A stretch of 64,000 nt of DNA, from positions 17,236,001 through 17,300,000 of the forward strand of contig OX597814.1 in the NCBI GenBank assembly GCA_951406725.2, read 5' to 3'. A program made the translations under genes and the position numbers. Shown here piece by piece: positions 26,297 to 39,561 of this stretch. The notes under the pieces were generated by a model. The model saw only the letters and a program-made list of their open reading frames with translations, was not told where the DNA came from and ran no database searches. How positions within the stretch are numbered: the stretch's first letter is position 1; every line of letters starts with the position of its first letter. Source of the stretch: Octopus vulgaris. Taxonomy: Eukaryota.

Positions 26297-26860
26297 GTTC
26301 CGGCGGCGCGACGCCGAGCGAACGGCGACGCGACCGCGCGGGAGCGAGGCGACACACACGGCCCGACCGACCCGGTCCTATATCCATGTATATAGTAGTT
26401 TATGATGTTGTCTTCATGAAAAATGCTCCAAATGGCTTCCAAAGAGATTTCGAAACTAGTAACTGAGATGCAATCAAACCAAACCGGAGAAATTCTAAAT
26501 CTGTCAATCCACTGTTTTGGCTATCTTCGTCATCTTAGTTTTACCGAAGACACTTGCATACTCATAGCCTCTACGCGGAGTAGATGAAACAGAGGCGGCT
26601 GAAGAAGGGAAATTTTCCTTGTGTTGTATGATTGTATTCTAATTTTTCGTTGTTTAATAAAAAATGTCCATTTCCTTGGTTTTGTGTTTATGTTTTCGTT
26701 TCTCATTGTGTTCGACGTTTTTTTTTTTTTTGGTGTCCTGTACGCATATATGCATATATATATATATACATATAGGTACACATGTAGATGTAGGTACGTA
26801 TGTATATATGCATATGTTTTATTTATTAATTTGTTATATATATATATATATATATATATA

Positions 26861-27061
26861 TAACGGGAAGCTTTATGAAAATAAACAAAAGACGAAGGCA
26901 GGTGGAATACAAACAAACAATTGTACTAGTATGGCGCTCAGGAATATAAATAAAACAAGTCTTTAACGTTTCGAGCCTACGCTCTTCAACAGAAAGATAC
27001 ACAGAAAAGAAACACGGAGAGAAACAAGGAGAGAAAAAAATGCGCGCAGAATCTAGCGAAT

Positions 27062-27066
<5 letters not shown>
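26861..27066 (-). mobile_element. (TA)n-embedded short retroelement carrying a hammerhead fold
   Basis: (TA)n on both sides; homologues at 7795, 23281 and 53095. Confidence 0.85.
26960..26997 (-). ncRNA. Putative minimal type-I hammerhead ribozyme, U6 variant
   Basis: UCUUU CUGUUGA A GAGC GUAG GCUC GAAA CG U U AAAGA. Confidence 0.7.
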
Positions 27067-27112
<46 letters not shown>

Positions 27113-28057
27113 GTGTGTGAGCGCATATACAGGGGCGGAATAGGTACAGAGTTGCTTAAATTGAATGGAATGTTCTTTTCATTTCTCTACTTTAAGCAAT
27201 TCATATGTCGACAAAGGGATCTGCGGGAGATACCTAGTCCATTAAAAGCCCCGCTTTTATTTATTTTTTTTTACTTCTGTGAACTTTGATTCAATGCTTG
27301 AGCCTCAAGAATTTCATTTTCTTTAGTGTCAACACTGACCGGTCACCAACTTTTCTGTGCATTGCAGATGGTACCAATCTGCTCAAATTTGTTATGTTGT
27401 ATGTAAACTGCTAATATTTTTGTTTATTTGTTTTTGTTTTTTTGTCAGTCAATTTCTGTCTAACCATTTCTGCATGCTCTATCTTCCAGTACTGCCTAGA
27501 GATCCATTTTCATTCATCGTTTGTCAAATTTCCAGCTATGTAATAAATATATGAAATTAGAAATAATTATTTTATTGTAAAAAAAAGAATTAGTTAAAAA
27601 GAACGTAGAATTTTAGAATTCATATCCTAAGGAAGAAAGAGAAAATTGAAAAGCACATTCCTAACATATTAAGCAATTGTATAACTACATTTGCCCACAA
27701 GATGCGTGCGGCGTACGTATGTGAGTGTGTGTGTGTGTGCCTATGTACGTACTATGTATTTATTATGTATGTATGTATGTATGTATGTATGTATGTATGG
27801 ATGGATGGATGGATGGATGGATGGATGGATGGATGGATGGATGGATGGAGGGATGGATGGATAAATGGAGAACGGGGAGGAGAGTGGGAAGAAAGGCTGG
27901 ATGTATACGTACGTATAATACTTATTGGACTGCTTCAAGACCAACTGAAGAATGTACTCAAATAGAATGTACTCAAATACACTTGTTATTCAAAGAGCCA
28001 GCCTTGCCATATTCTGTGTTACGCTGAGTATGTCTTTTCCCGTTGCTTACTGTCACC

Positions 28058-28238
28058 TACTTGTTTCAGTCATGTGACTGCGACCTTGCTGGAGCACCGC
28101 ATTTAGACGAGCAAATCGACCCCAGGAATTATTCTTTGTATGCCTAGTACTTATTCTATCGGTTTCTTTTGCCGAACCTCTAAGTCACAGGGACAAACAC
28201 AAACACACAAACATACACACACACACATACACACACAT

Positions 28239-28315
<77 letters not shown>

Positions 28316-28498
28316 CATATATATATACACATATATACGACAGGCTTCTTTCAGTTTCTGTCAACCAAATCCACTCACAAGGCTTTGGTCGGCCCGATGC
28401 TATAGTAGAAGACACTTGCCCGAGGTGTCACGCAGGGGGACTGAACCCGGAACCCTGTGGTTGATAAGCAAGCTACTTGCCACACAGCCGCTCCTGCG
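28058..28498 (-). mobile_element. SINE family B with internal deletion
   Basis: Head and tail match family B; lacks about 50 bp next to the internal microsatellite. Confidence 0.88.
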
Positions 28499-28619
28499 CT
28501 CCTTAGAATCCAGTAGATTAATTGGACTCGTGTTTGTTGAGTGCTGAGCGACTCGCAAGTTAATTTTACGAGCAGGCTGTTCCATTGACCAAATCAACTG
28601 AAACCCCTGTCATCGTAAC

Positions 28620-29030
28620 TTATTTCTTTACTACCCACAAGGGGCTAAACACAGAGAGGACAGACAAGGACAGACAAACGGATTAAGTCGATTATATCGA
28701 CCCCAGTGTGTAACTGGTACTTATTTAATCGACCCCGAAAGGATCAAAGGCAAAGTCGACCTCGGCAGAATTTGAACTCAGAACGTAGCGGCATATGAAA
28801 TACCTATCTCTCTACTACCCACAAGGGGCTAAACACAGAGAGGACAGACAAGGACAGACAAACGGATTAAGTCGATTATATCGACCCCAGTGCGTAACTG
28901 GTAAATATTTAATCGACCCCGAAAGGATGAAAGGCAAAGTCGACCTCGGCGGAATTCGAACTCAGAACGTAGCGGCAGACGAAATGCGGCTAAGCATTTC
29001 ACCCGGCGTGCTAACGATTCTGCCAGCTCT
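28620..29030 (-). mobile_element. SINE family A dimer nested in a family C tail fragment
   Basis: Two tandem units; flanks GTCATCGTAAC / GTCGTCGTAAC belong to a family C fragment (28520-28619, 29031-29060). Confidence 0.9.
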
Positions 29031-29390
29031 CACCCGTCGTCGTAACCGACGGTGTGCCAGTTTAGTTCATCTGAACACACGGTGTATTTTATTTTTTTAG
29101 ATGGTACCGTATGGTGCATATGTTATTTCATGGCTGTTTTTAACAAATTGCTGGATTTTGTGAAGGCTTGCTCGTGTCCTTGATGAGACGAAAACTACAA
29201 TGTTGAACCTTATCTCTCACTATAAGATTACAATATGTGGTGATATTAATTCGCTTACGAGACTAATGAACTTCACAACCACAAAAATCTCCTTCACAGA
29301 TTAAGAGGAAACGCTGTGTCAATATAAAATAAATATATTTTCATGAATAAAAATTATCTTAAATAACAAAACAAAACACTCATATATATA

Positions 29391-29459
<69 letters not shown>

Positions 29460-30290
29460 CACACGTACAAATACTCACACACATGCATATGCGTCTGTGT
29501 TTGATTGTGTTTCTGAATCGTAAAGTACATACATTCTTGCCAAAATACACGTACAGGAACATACGTGTATGTATTTATGTATATGTGTGTGTAAACATTT
29601 TAAGGTGCCTTCTTGTTATGTGTGTGTTTATGTATGTGTGTGTGTGTATATGTGTGTTGTATGCGTACAACAAAGGCCATAATTTCATATAGCTTTGATT
29701 AATGTTCCCAATTTAAAGGTGCGGGAAGTTGACAAGGAATTACAAATAAATGAAAAAAAAATAAATGCGTAAGTAAATAACAGCAACAACAACAACAACA
29801 ACACCACCGACGACAAGAATAACAACACGACCACAACAAGAATAACAACCCAACCACAAATATTTTACAAGCAACGGAACAAATAAATAAATAAATAACC
29901 TTACGAGAGAAAGACAGAATATAATGATAAATAACATACGGGAAGAAAAGTACAAAATAGACGCGTGATATTACTTCAAAAAGTACACATACACATAGGT
30001 GTGTGCGCATGCGTGTTTTTGTGGGTGCGCGTGTGTGTGTGTGTGTGTGTGTGAGTGTGTGTAAACTATATATATACACTCATATATGTGTATGTGTATA
30101 CACACACCCACACAAATAATTACATATGTATATATATATATGAATGTGTACGTATCCATATATAGGCATGCATATACACATATGTACATATATGCACATA
30201 TACGTACGCATCTATTTGCGTATATATGTGTGTGTGTATAGATGTGTGTGTGTGTGTGTGTGTAGATATGTACATATATATATATATATT

Positions 30291-30337
<47 letters not shown>

Positions 30338-31151
30338 CCAGCATGGCCACAGCTCATGAGCTGAAACTGGAAAAATCAAAATCAAAAATATATATATATT
30401 TATATATAAATACATACATACACACACACATATATGCATGTATATATACATAAGCGTTTTCACGCAGAGCCAAAAACATACATACGCAAGCATATGCACA
30501 TACGTATTTATATACATAAATACATATATATATTCTCATAGAAATAGCACATACACACACACATACACACACACATGCACATGCACACACACACACACAC
30601 ACGTGTGCACACTGTACTAGCGTAAGCCGTGTAAAGAAAAATCGAAAAGGAAAAGCTTAAAAGAATTTCAGAAAATCTAAGTTTATAATAGCAAAAGAAC
30701 GGCAGAGAGAGACATCGGGCAACATTTAGCAATTGATACTGATGTTAAGCGGTTGATTCTGTGTCAGAAATTGTGCCTTCTCTTCAACGTCTTCAGCGAA
30801 ACGTTGATCAACGGCTCATTGCGTTAGCTGACCCTAAAATATTGTCAGTGCTATGTGAACTTTGACACAGAGAGCACATTAAATATTTCGTTGTGACGTC
30901 TTTCATTCTTTTCTTCCATTTCTTTCGTCTTTCTTCATTTCTTCTCGTCTTTCTTAATGTCTTCTCGTCTTCCCTTCTTTCTGCAGTTCACATCTTTTAT
31001 TTTTTTTTCTTCTCATTCTTTCCTCTTTTTCTTTTGCTTTCAACTAACCCTACTACTCGTATTTTTTTTTTTTAATTTTATGTATTTTTAATTTTTTTTT
31101 ATACAAAGCCATTTTTCAACCTGCATCCTCTTTATATATATCTTTATATAT

Positions 31152-31215
<64 letters not shown>

Positions 31216-31339
31216 TTACTTTGATTCTACTTTTTTCAAATTTTTTATTTTTCATTTCACATTTTTTTATCCTTTTCTTGTCTTCCTGAATGGCGTTCTT
31301 TACTACGTTGTAAATATTGTTGTCAAGATGTCGTCGTAT

Positions 31340-31680
31340 CATTATTATTATCATTATTATTATTATTATCATTTCTATTATTTTTCTTCTTGTTCTTGTT
31401 GTTGTTGTTCTTCTTCTTTTTCTTCTTCTTCTTCTTCTTCTTCTTCTTCTTCTTCTTCTTCTTCTTCTTCTTCTTCTTCTTCTACTACTACTACTTCTTC
31501 TTCTCTTCCTCCTCCTTTATTATTTTTATGTTGGAAGTTATATTATTATTGGTGTTTTTTTTGTCGTTGTTCTAACGTACCCCATTCGTGGCCCTTGTGG
31601 CAAAAATAAAAGAAAGTGATCGTTTATTATTACTATTATTATAAGTATTATTATTATTATTATCATCATTATTATTATTA

Positions 31681-31777
<97 letters not shown>

Positions 31778-31795
31778 GAAGAGGAGGAGGAGGAT
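31340..31795. repeat. Compound trinucleotide microsatellites (ATT)(CTT)(CTA) and (ATT)(AGT)(GAG)
   Basis: Directly visible. Confidence 0.95.
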
Positions 31796-32302
31796 TGATA
31801 GAGAGCAGCAGTAGCGGCAGTTTTTTATTATTATTTTTTTTTTATTCCTCACATGAATCTGACTCTGGTCATATTTTTCCTTTCTCCTGTACAAGCCCCC
31901 ACTAATGTCATGAACCTTCCTGTTGGTTCCCTAATAGATCAGTACTTGTCTGTGACACAGATGGTCGCTCGTCTGGCTATTATTTGTCAATAAGAACCGT
32001 CGATGAAGCTGAATTAATACGCGTGGCTAGTTCAGAAATTAATCATACGAGACAATGGCACTTTGGACATGATGCATGATGGTTAAGATGATGAGGTTTT
32101 TATATAAACCACCATAGAACGAGACAAATAGGGAAGAAGATGGTTGGTCGGTGGTAGGATTGGTGAGGTAATGTGAGGTGGAATGAGATGGGAGTTGCTA
32201 AAGGAAAAGGAAAAAGTGAAAAGTGAAAAGAAGATAAATCGAAGGGCAAAAGGAAAGAGTAAGAGTCTGCTAAATGGAAAGAGATAGATAATGTTGTCTG
32301 CT

Positions 32303-32315
32303 AGGTCAAAGGTCA
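32303..32315 (+). promoter_or_regulatory. Perfect nuclear-receptor DR1 motif AGGTCA-A-AGGTCA
   Basis: Exact consensus in non-repetitive sequence; function untested. Confidence 0.35.
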
Positions 32316-33618
32316 GATGATTTTATGCTAAAAAAATAGTCTGTGGAGAGAAGGAGGAGAAAGAAAATATAAAAGCAAATGGCGAGGAAATGATAGATTT
32401 ATATAAACAACAATTTTCTGTTTGTCACCTCAACCATCAATTCGTCCGTGTGCGTACTTGCCTATGTGTCTGTTAGTGTATGCTTCTGTGAGTATGCATG
32501 TGTGTATGACTGTGAGAGATAGAGAGAGAGAGAATGAAAAAAAGAAAGAGAAAGAAAGGAAATTTTCTTCGATGGCTAATAAGAAATACAGTATGAAGTT
32601 AAAACATGCTATATATAACGAACTATAATGGCAATTAGAAGGCGGTCCAATTCTAACAACACTAAATGTATATTTGTTTATATTGAATAAACATATCACC
32701 AACATATTCTTGAAAATAAAGAATTCATCATCATATTTATGAGTGCTGGTGCTATGTCTATATATATAAAAGAGAAAAAAAAACTGCTGTTACTATTCAT
32801 GATTTTGTTTGTATGTATAACAACCACGCGTACGCTCAAATGATACGCCGCTGCTGTTAATATGATTGATGCTATAACTTATCGTCAATTAAGGAGAAGT
32901 ATTTGTCTTACATATTTAGACATCGCTATTTTTTTTTTTAATGAAGTATTACCGCTTGCAGGAATCCCTCCACAATATTCTTGCGTCTTGGTCCTTGCAT
33001 ACTTCCTCTAGCTCTCCTTTCATTCTCTTTCGCTTCCTCGATACTCACAGAAGTATTCTGCATTATTTTAGATACAAGGCCAGCGGTTTTGAGCAGGCGG
33101 TGGGATTGGGTAATCTCATCGAAACTACCAGTTCTTGGATGATTTATTTTATTCTAATCAAACACAGAGGGAGGAAAAGCAAAACAAACCTCCGTTGGAT
33201 TTGAGTTCAAAATATTAAGACCTTGCGCACGACTATCGGAACGATGCAATGATATAGAAGCTATATCAAAATAACACTGATATTGGAATTCAAACTTTTA
33301 CGCATCAGAATAAGAAACAAATTGCAGCTCTGACTTGTACTGAATTATAGACTGCTCGTTTTGTTATTCACCGGTAGCTCTATGTCTGATAAAGGTTTCT
33401 GTTTATTAGAAAAATATGATGCACAATCGTGTGTATCGGGTTTTACAGCTCTCTATATTTGACATCTCTACGCGACAGAATTATCTTTAAAAATATGTTA
33501 TTTGGGAATATCTTAAAAATATAAAACTCTGTTAAATATCCAAACGAATGTACAAAATAGAAGTGGACCAATACGGCTTTACTGTCATATTTCTTTTCTA
33601 GCATTCTCCCTACTTAAT

Positions 33619-34025
33619 CTATTTCTTTACTACCTACAAGGGGCTAAACACAGAGAGGACAAACAAGGACAGACAAACGGATTCAGTCGATTATATCGAC
33701 CCCAGTGCGTAACTGTCACTTATTTAATCGATCCCGAAAGGATGAAAGGCAAAGTCGACCTCGGCGTAATTTGAACTCAGAACGTAGCGGCAGACGAAAT
33801 ACCGATTTCTTTACTACCCAAAGGGGCTAAACACAGAGGAGACAAACAAGGACAGACAAAATGATTAAGTCGATTATATCGACATCAATGCGTAACTGGT
33901 ACTTCATTTATCGACCCCGAAAGGATGAACGGCAAAGTCGACCTCGGCGGAATTTGAACTCAGAATGTAACGGCAGACAAAATACGGGTAAGCATTTCGC
34001 CCGGCGTGGTAACGTTTCTGCCTGC
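33619..34025 (-). mobile_element. SINE family A dimer
   Basis: Two tandem units; junction at about 33797-33812. Confidence 0.92.
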
Positions 34026-34032
34026 TAGGGAC

Positions 34033-34202
34033 GGTTATTTCGTCTGGCTTTACATTCTGATTTCAAATTCCGCCGATGTCGGCTTTGGCTTTCATCCTTT
34101 CAAGGTCGATAAATTAAGTACCAGTTGCGTACTTGGGGTTGATATAATCAACTGGCCCCTTACCTAAAATTTTCGGGCCTTGTGCCTAGAGTAGAAATGA
34201 AT
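34033..34202 (+). mobile_element. SINE family A (tail variant 2), headless, back to back with the dimer
   Basis: Starts CGGTTATTTCGTCTG; ends GGGCCTTGTGCCTAGAGTAGAAA. Confidence 0.88.
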
Positions 34203-35068
34203 ATATGGGAACTGTAAATAATCGTGCGATTTACAGAATTAGCAGAACCCATCGCGATTAACTTTTATTTTCTTTAAATCATTGAATACAGATTGTTCTT
34301 CAAGATATTAGCTTCGGTCAGGCATTGCTTTATAATCTACAAATTTTATTAATTATATCTATATCATTGTGCATGAAGTTTTCATTGATTAATTTTTCTA
34401 TGTTATACTTTTTGTGAAAGATATCGTCGTTGTTTACATATTTCAAACAGGTCGATCATTGGATGGCTGCTGCATTTACGATGATGAGAGTGACAAAAGT
34501 ACGTCTCTCGAATTTGAACGCAAAAAAAATCTAACAGTTATTTTTCGCAGACGCTTGTACCATTTAGCACACAAATATATACACCTGCATATATACGGAC
34601 ATTCATACGCATATACAAAGCGTAAATTTTGTATTAGAAGTAGCTCTATGATTTAAACATTATCAATGTCGCATACTTAATATATGCGTGTTATTAAATG
34701 TTTCTAGGCTGTGTTATTTCGTCCAGAGAAAGTCCTTTTAAATACATAGAGTGTAAAAATACACAGTATACTTCAAAGCCAGACGACGTCTTTAAAGCGA
34801 CCTTTGGCACTCAACGTCTTTAAAGAGATCTTCTCTGGGCGAAATACCGCAGCTTAAAAGAGTTTTTCAACACGCATACTCTACGTATATGACAATGATA
34901 ATGTATACATGCATATATATGCGTGAGAGAGCGAGAGAGAATTGGTAGGGAGAATTGGTGGGAAGAGAGATTCCGTCTAAGAAATTCCATCGATGAGCCT
35001 TTAGTCAACTCGAAACTATAAAGCAGACGTTTCTCTAAGGTGTCGTGTATTGGGGATCCTAGATCCAG

Positions 35069-35151
35069 GTGAACCTTCACTAATCATGTACTTTGTGAAC
35101 CCTCACTAATCATGTACTTTGGTGAACCTTCACTGATCATGTACTTTGTGA
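35069..35151. repeat. 26-bp tandem repeat x3 (GTGAACCTTCACTAATCATGTACTTT)
   Basis: Head-to-tail units with no spacers. Confidence 0.95.
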
Positions 35152-35514
35152 GTGCTTGATCGTGTGTGGGGTGGTGGTAGTGGTGGTGGTTGTGGTGGTG
35201 GTGGTGGTGGTGGTGGTGGTGGTGGTGGAATAGGCTCAAGATTATCATAACAAGGAATTAAATTATCGAGTAATATCTTTGGAATCGAATCAAAGAGCTT
35301 TGGATCATGGCGGATCTATATTTGAGAATTACTTCAAGAAATAGTTCTCTCAAATAATTGTTGAATATGTTTTCCTTAACCACTGAATATCTTCCTTTAT
35401 GAGGATACTTTGAAATATATTTAATTATTGCATGTTTGAAAGTAGAGAAATTCTAGAAATGGTAAGTGCGTTTCTTCCTTCTCTTTAACAAATTAATATC
35501 ACTGACCACTGTAG

Positions 35515-35720
35515 GAGGTCGAGATGGCGGAATCATTAGCAGACCAAGCAAAAATGATTAGCGACATTTCGTCCGCTCTTTGTTGAAATTCCGCCGAGAT
35601 TGACTTTGCCTTTCATTATTTCGGGGTCGATAAAATAAGTACCAGCTGAGCACCGGGATCGATGTAATCGACTCTCCGCTCCCCCGAATTTGGTGGCCTT
35701 GTGCCAAAATTTGAAACGAA
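35515..35720 (+). mobile_element. Old SINE family A copy (tail variant 3)
   Basis: AAATTCCGCCGAG.T.GACTTTGCCTTTCAT...GGCCTTGTGCCAAAATTTGAAAC. Confidence 0.8.
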
Positions 35721-35769
35721 TATAAGTGGCCATTGAAATAGTAGAATGCCAAACTAAATGATTTCGCTT

Positions 35770-35950
35770 AGTGGCTGTGTGGTAAGTAGCTTGCTTACCA
35801 ACCACATGGTTCCGGGTTCAGTCCCACTGCGTGGCACCTTGGGCAAGTGTCTTCTACTATAGTCTCGGGCCGACCAAAAGCCTTAGTAGATTTGGTAGAC
35901 AGAAACTGAAAGAAGCCCCGTCGTATATATTGTATATATATATGTGTGTG

Positions 35951-35983
<33 letters not shown>

Positions 35984-35988
35984 TTGTT

Positions 35989-36035
<47 letters not shown>

Positions 36036-36222
36036 TTGTTGTCTGTGCTTGACAACCGATGCTGGTGTGTTTGCATCCCCGTAAATTAACGGTTCGGCAA
36101 AAGAGACCGATACAATAAGTACTAGGCTTACGAAGAATAAGTCCTGGGGTCGATTTGCTCGACTGAAGGCGGTGCTCCAGCATGGCCGCAAACAAGTAAA
36201 ATCGTGAAAAAGAGTAAAGAGT
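35770..36222 (+). mobile_element. SINE family B
   Basis: End-to-end match to family B. Confidence 0.92.
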
Positions 36223-36919
36223 ATCGAGTTTCTTAGTTCGATAACCGGGGAGATTGATTTTTTGTTTGTACCAGTGATATGCCTGGGTCCACTATATTAG
36301 TTCCCTGCATGTATTTTCCTTGAATCTCATGAATATAATTCAATATTGAACAATTTCGAAATTTTATGTATTTCAATAGAACGAATTTTTTTATAAAATG
36401 TTCGAAAAATATAAAGAAAATGAGACTGAAGCTCTGAAACAATTTATTATACTAAACTTAAGTATATAAAAATACTGGTGCCGTTATCACTAAAATCTCT
36501 CAATCATCCGAGAGCGAAATTGATAATAATATAATCGGGTTACGATTTAACTATCACTGTCCAGTCAACTCGGTTAAACTCTACACGTTAGAGTGCATAA
36601 GGATGGTTGCCTAACATACTGAAGTATAGAATATCCAGAATGCAAGACATATGAGCTTCCACCAGAATGTTCGATCGGTTTTCACTGCCATGCCATAATT
36701 CAGCTCGATCAGAAGCTGACCAACGCTACAACAGCAACAACAACAACAACAACAACAACAGCAATAACAACAGCAACTGAAAATAACACAAACATATTTT
36801 ATCTACTACAACAACTACTACTACTACTACTACTACTACTACTGATAGTACTTCTGATGTTGTTACTGCTATTGTTGCTGTTGCTTTGGGAAGGACATTA
36901 TACAAAGCTACAGAGAAAC

Positions 36920-36958
<39 letters not shown>

Positions 36959-39561
36959 ATGTGAAAGAGGGAGGGAGAGACAGAAAGAGAGAGAGAGAGT
37001 GGTAAAGAGAGAGAGAGAGAGAGGCTGATAGTCAGAGGGCGTGAGAGAGCGTGAGAGAGCGTGAAAGATTAAAATCAGAACGATGTCCATAAATGGATTC
37101 TCTATCACCGTGGAACATTTTCGGTGAACTAAGTATCCGAAACGACAGCAACAACTAATAATATATTGTCTCATCTGTGTTTTGGCATGGACACTCGGTG
37201 GCTGGCTATTGGAAGAGAGCAGCAAGTTGATCTATAATCATCGTAAATCAACTGCGAGCACAAATTCTATCTGGTTCAAGAGATATAGGTCACGATAGTA
37301 TCTTCAATTTATGTACATATTTATTTATTGTTAAGAAACTGAGTTAGTGATAAAAGCATATGAAGCAGGAGTAATATTGTCGTATATTGACCATCGGGGC
37401 AAACATAAATACATTTTATAGATACGTCAGGTGCACAGTGATTATTAAAGAAAAGTGTTCGTAAGCCATAGATCAATATTATATAATGTGTTCAATTTGA
37501 CATATTTCAGTTCAATGTTGTTCTGATTTTATACGTTTATATGATGTAAAAGTAAGTGTTGGGGTTATTGTTAATTTATTTAGAACTCTACAGTTATGGG
37601 TGGTATATTTACTAGAATATAAACTCTTGAGAAACTATATATGATAAAGAATATTGAGTTCCAAACGAAGAATGCGTATGCGCTTTTATACGTAGAAATA
37701 CACACGGCTATACATACGCGTAACATTTGCGATCTTCAATTTTGAAGTTTTGAAATAAATAACTGAGACAGTTGGTAACTTTCATTTGTAATATCTTCTT
37801 TGTATTAAAGCAGCGAGCTGGCAGAATAGTTGGCGCACCGGACAATATGGGGGTCAATATAATCGACTTACCCCTCCCCCGAAATTATTGGCCTGGTGCC
37901 AAAATTTGAATCCAATATCTTCTTTGTATTATGTGGTTTAATAAAGTCCTTTGTTTTTTATGGGTTTTTTTTTCATCCATTTATTTTAACGTTTTCCTAT
38001 ATTATTTGAATTAAACAAGAATATTTTTTATCTTAGAGCTTTCTTTATTTATTTTCTTAGCTCTGTTCTTTCCTTACAATTTATATTTATTTTTGAAATT
38101 TGAATAAATTTTACCTCTTTTCAGATATATGCTGATGGAGTACCAAGCCAAAAAAAAAAAACGAACAAATTTGTACGATAAATCAATATTTTGACAAGAA
38201 CCTTGTATTTTCACCTTTTGAGGATATTAGGAGTTACAATCAGGAATGTGGAAATAGGAATTCAAATATTCAACCTTCGTTAACCCAACAGTCCCTAAAT
38301 AATGCGTTTGAAGTGTTGCTTAAATAATTGAATGCATTTTCGTGGTAACGAACACGTAAAGCATATTAAATTTCAGTCACACATTTAAATTAAAATTCTC
38401 TAAAGAATTGACTTATGATGCAAAGAAGAATATAGGCATGCATTATGGAATAAAAGGAGATATTTGACTTCACAATTTTAATCGAACACCATCCGAAAGC
38501 TTTTATTAGGTCTCAGGACTTGCTAAAAATAGCTACCAAATCTTATCCGCAAAACACCTTCTAATCTCTTAAAGATGGACATATTGAACCATGTAAGCAT
38601 AGATATAAAAAAGCAAGAAAGTCATGGCTCGAATGCATTTGATCATGAAGTTGCTTGGTCAAGACTGACCTACAGCTCAACAATAACTATGTAATTCCCA
38701 GTAATCGAGTCAAATGCTACTAGATATTTCGTCTCTTATGCTGAAAGGTCTCTAACACTACAGTTTTTTAACACGAAATAAAAAAAAAAAAAGCCATCGG
38801 ATGCTGTTGTTGCTTAACTTGAAGATGGCCTTGATTGAGGAAATCCTTGCTCAAAGCATTCTGGCACTGATCAATCTGACCCTGATCAATCTGGCCTTCT
38901 CCTAAGATGCAGCATATACCAGAATACATTAGTCAATATGTCCCGCCTTTTCAGGGCTGTAGAGAGATTTTTCTATTATTACTAGTAAACAAAGCACTTA
39001 CATAGGGTCTCTCTTACAGACTTGTCAAATAACTAGTTGTAGCCAATGTAAGAAGTTAAAACAACTAAGCTGGTCTTGTGTATATACTATAAAGGTAAGC
39101 ACTAATTATTATTAATTGAATTTAATTAATATTGTTTTACTTATTGTAACGAAGACTGTAAAAAATCTACATGGTAGATTGAAGCAATTTCCAGATTTTC
39201 TGCGTTTGGTGAATACATTATAGTGCCAGATAGAAACGGAAATATATATGAAGCAAAATAAATCAAAGGTTATATTTTCATTTAAGTAGTAATAAGAAAT
39301 AAGTACTTTGCTATGATTCATTCAGCAGAATAACAAAATACAACAAAGTAAACAACTGAAATTAAATTAAAGTAACAACCAAATAACTTGCTGTTAATTT
39401 GCATTTATGAGCATTTCTGATGTAAAATTCCGCAGTCAGAGGAAGGGTTTGTTAATTTTCCCATCTAGCAAATTTGGAATTCTGAAGTAAAAATACAGTG
39501 GCTGTATAAATACAGTGTTTTATATTATCGTTATGTATGTATGCATGTATATATGTATGTC

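Noticed and set aside
26589-26620. GGCTGAAGAAGGGAAATTTTCC hammerhead-like string
   Set aside because: Only 3 nt between core halves and a 2-bp stem I; cannot be folded convincingly
35069-35151. 26-bp repeats resembling a CRISPR array
   Set aside because: No spacers, eukaryotic context, no cas genes; a simple tandem duplication
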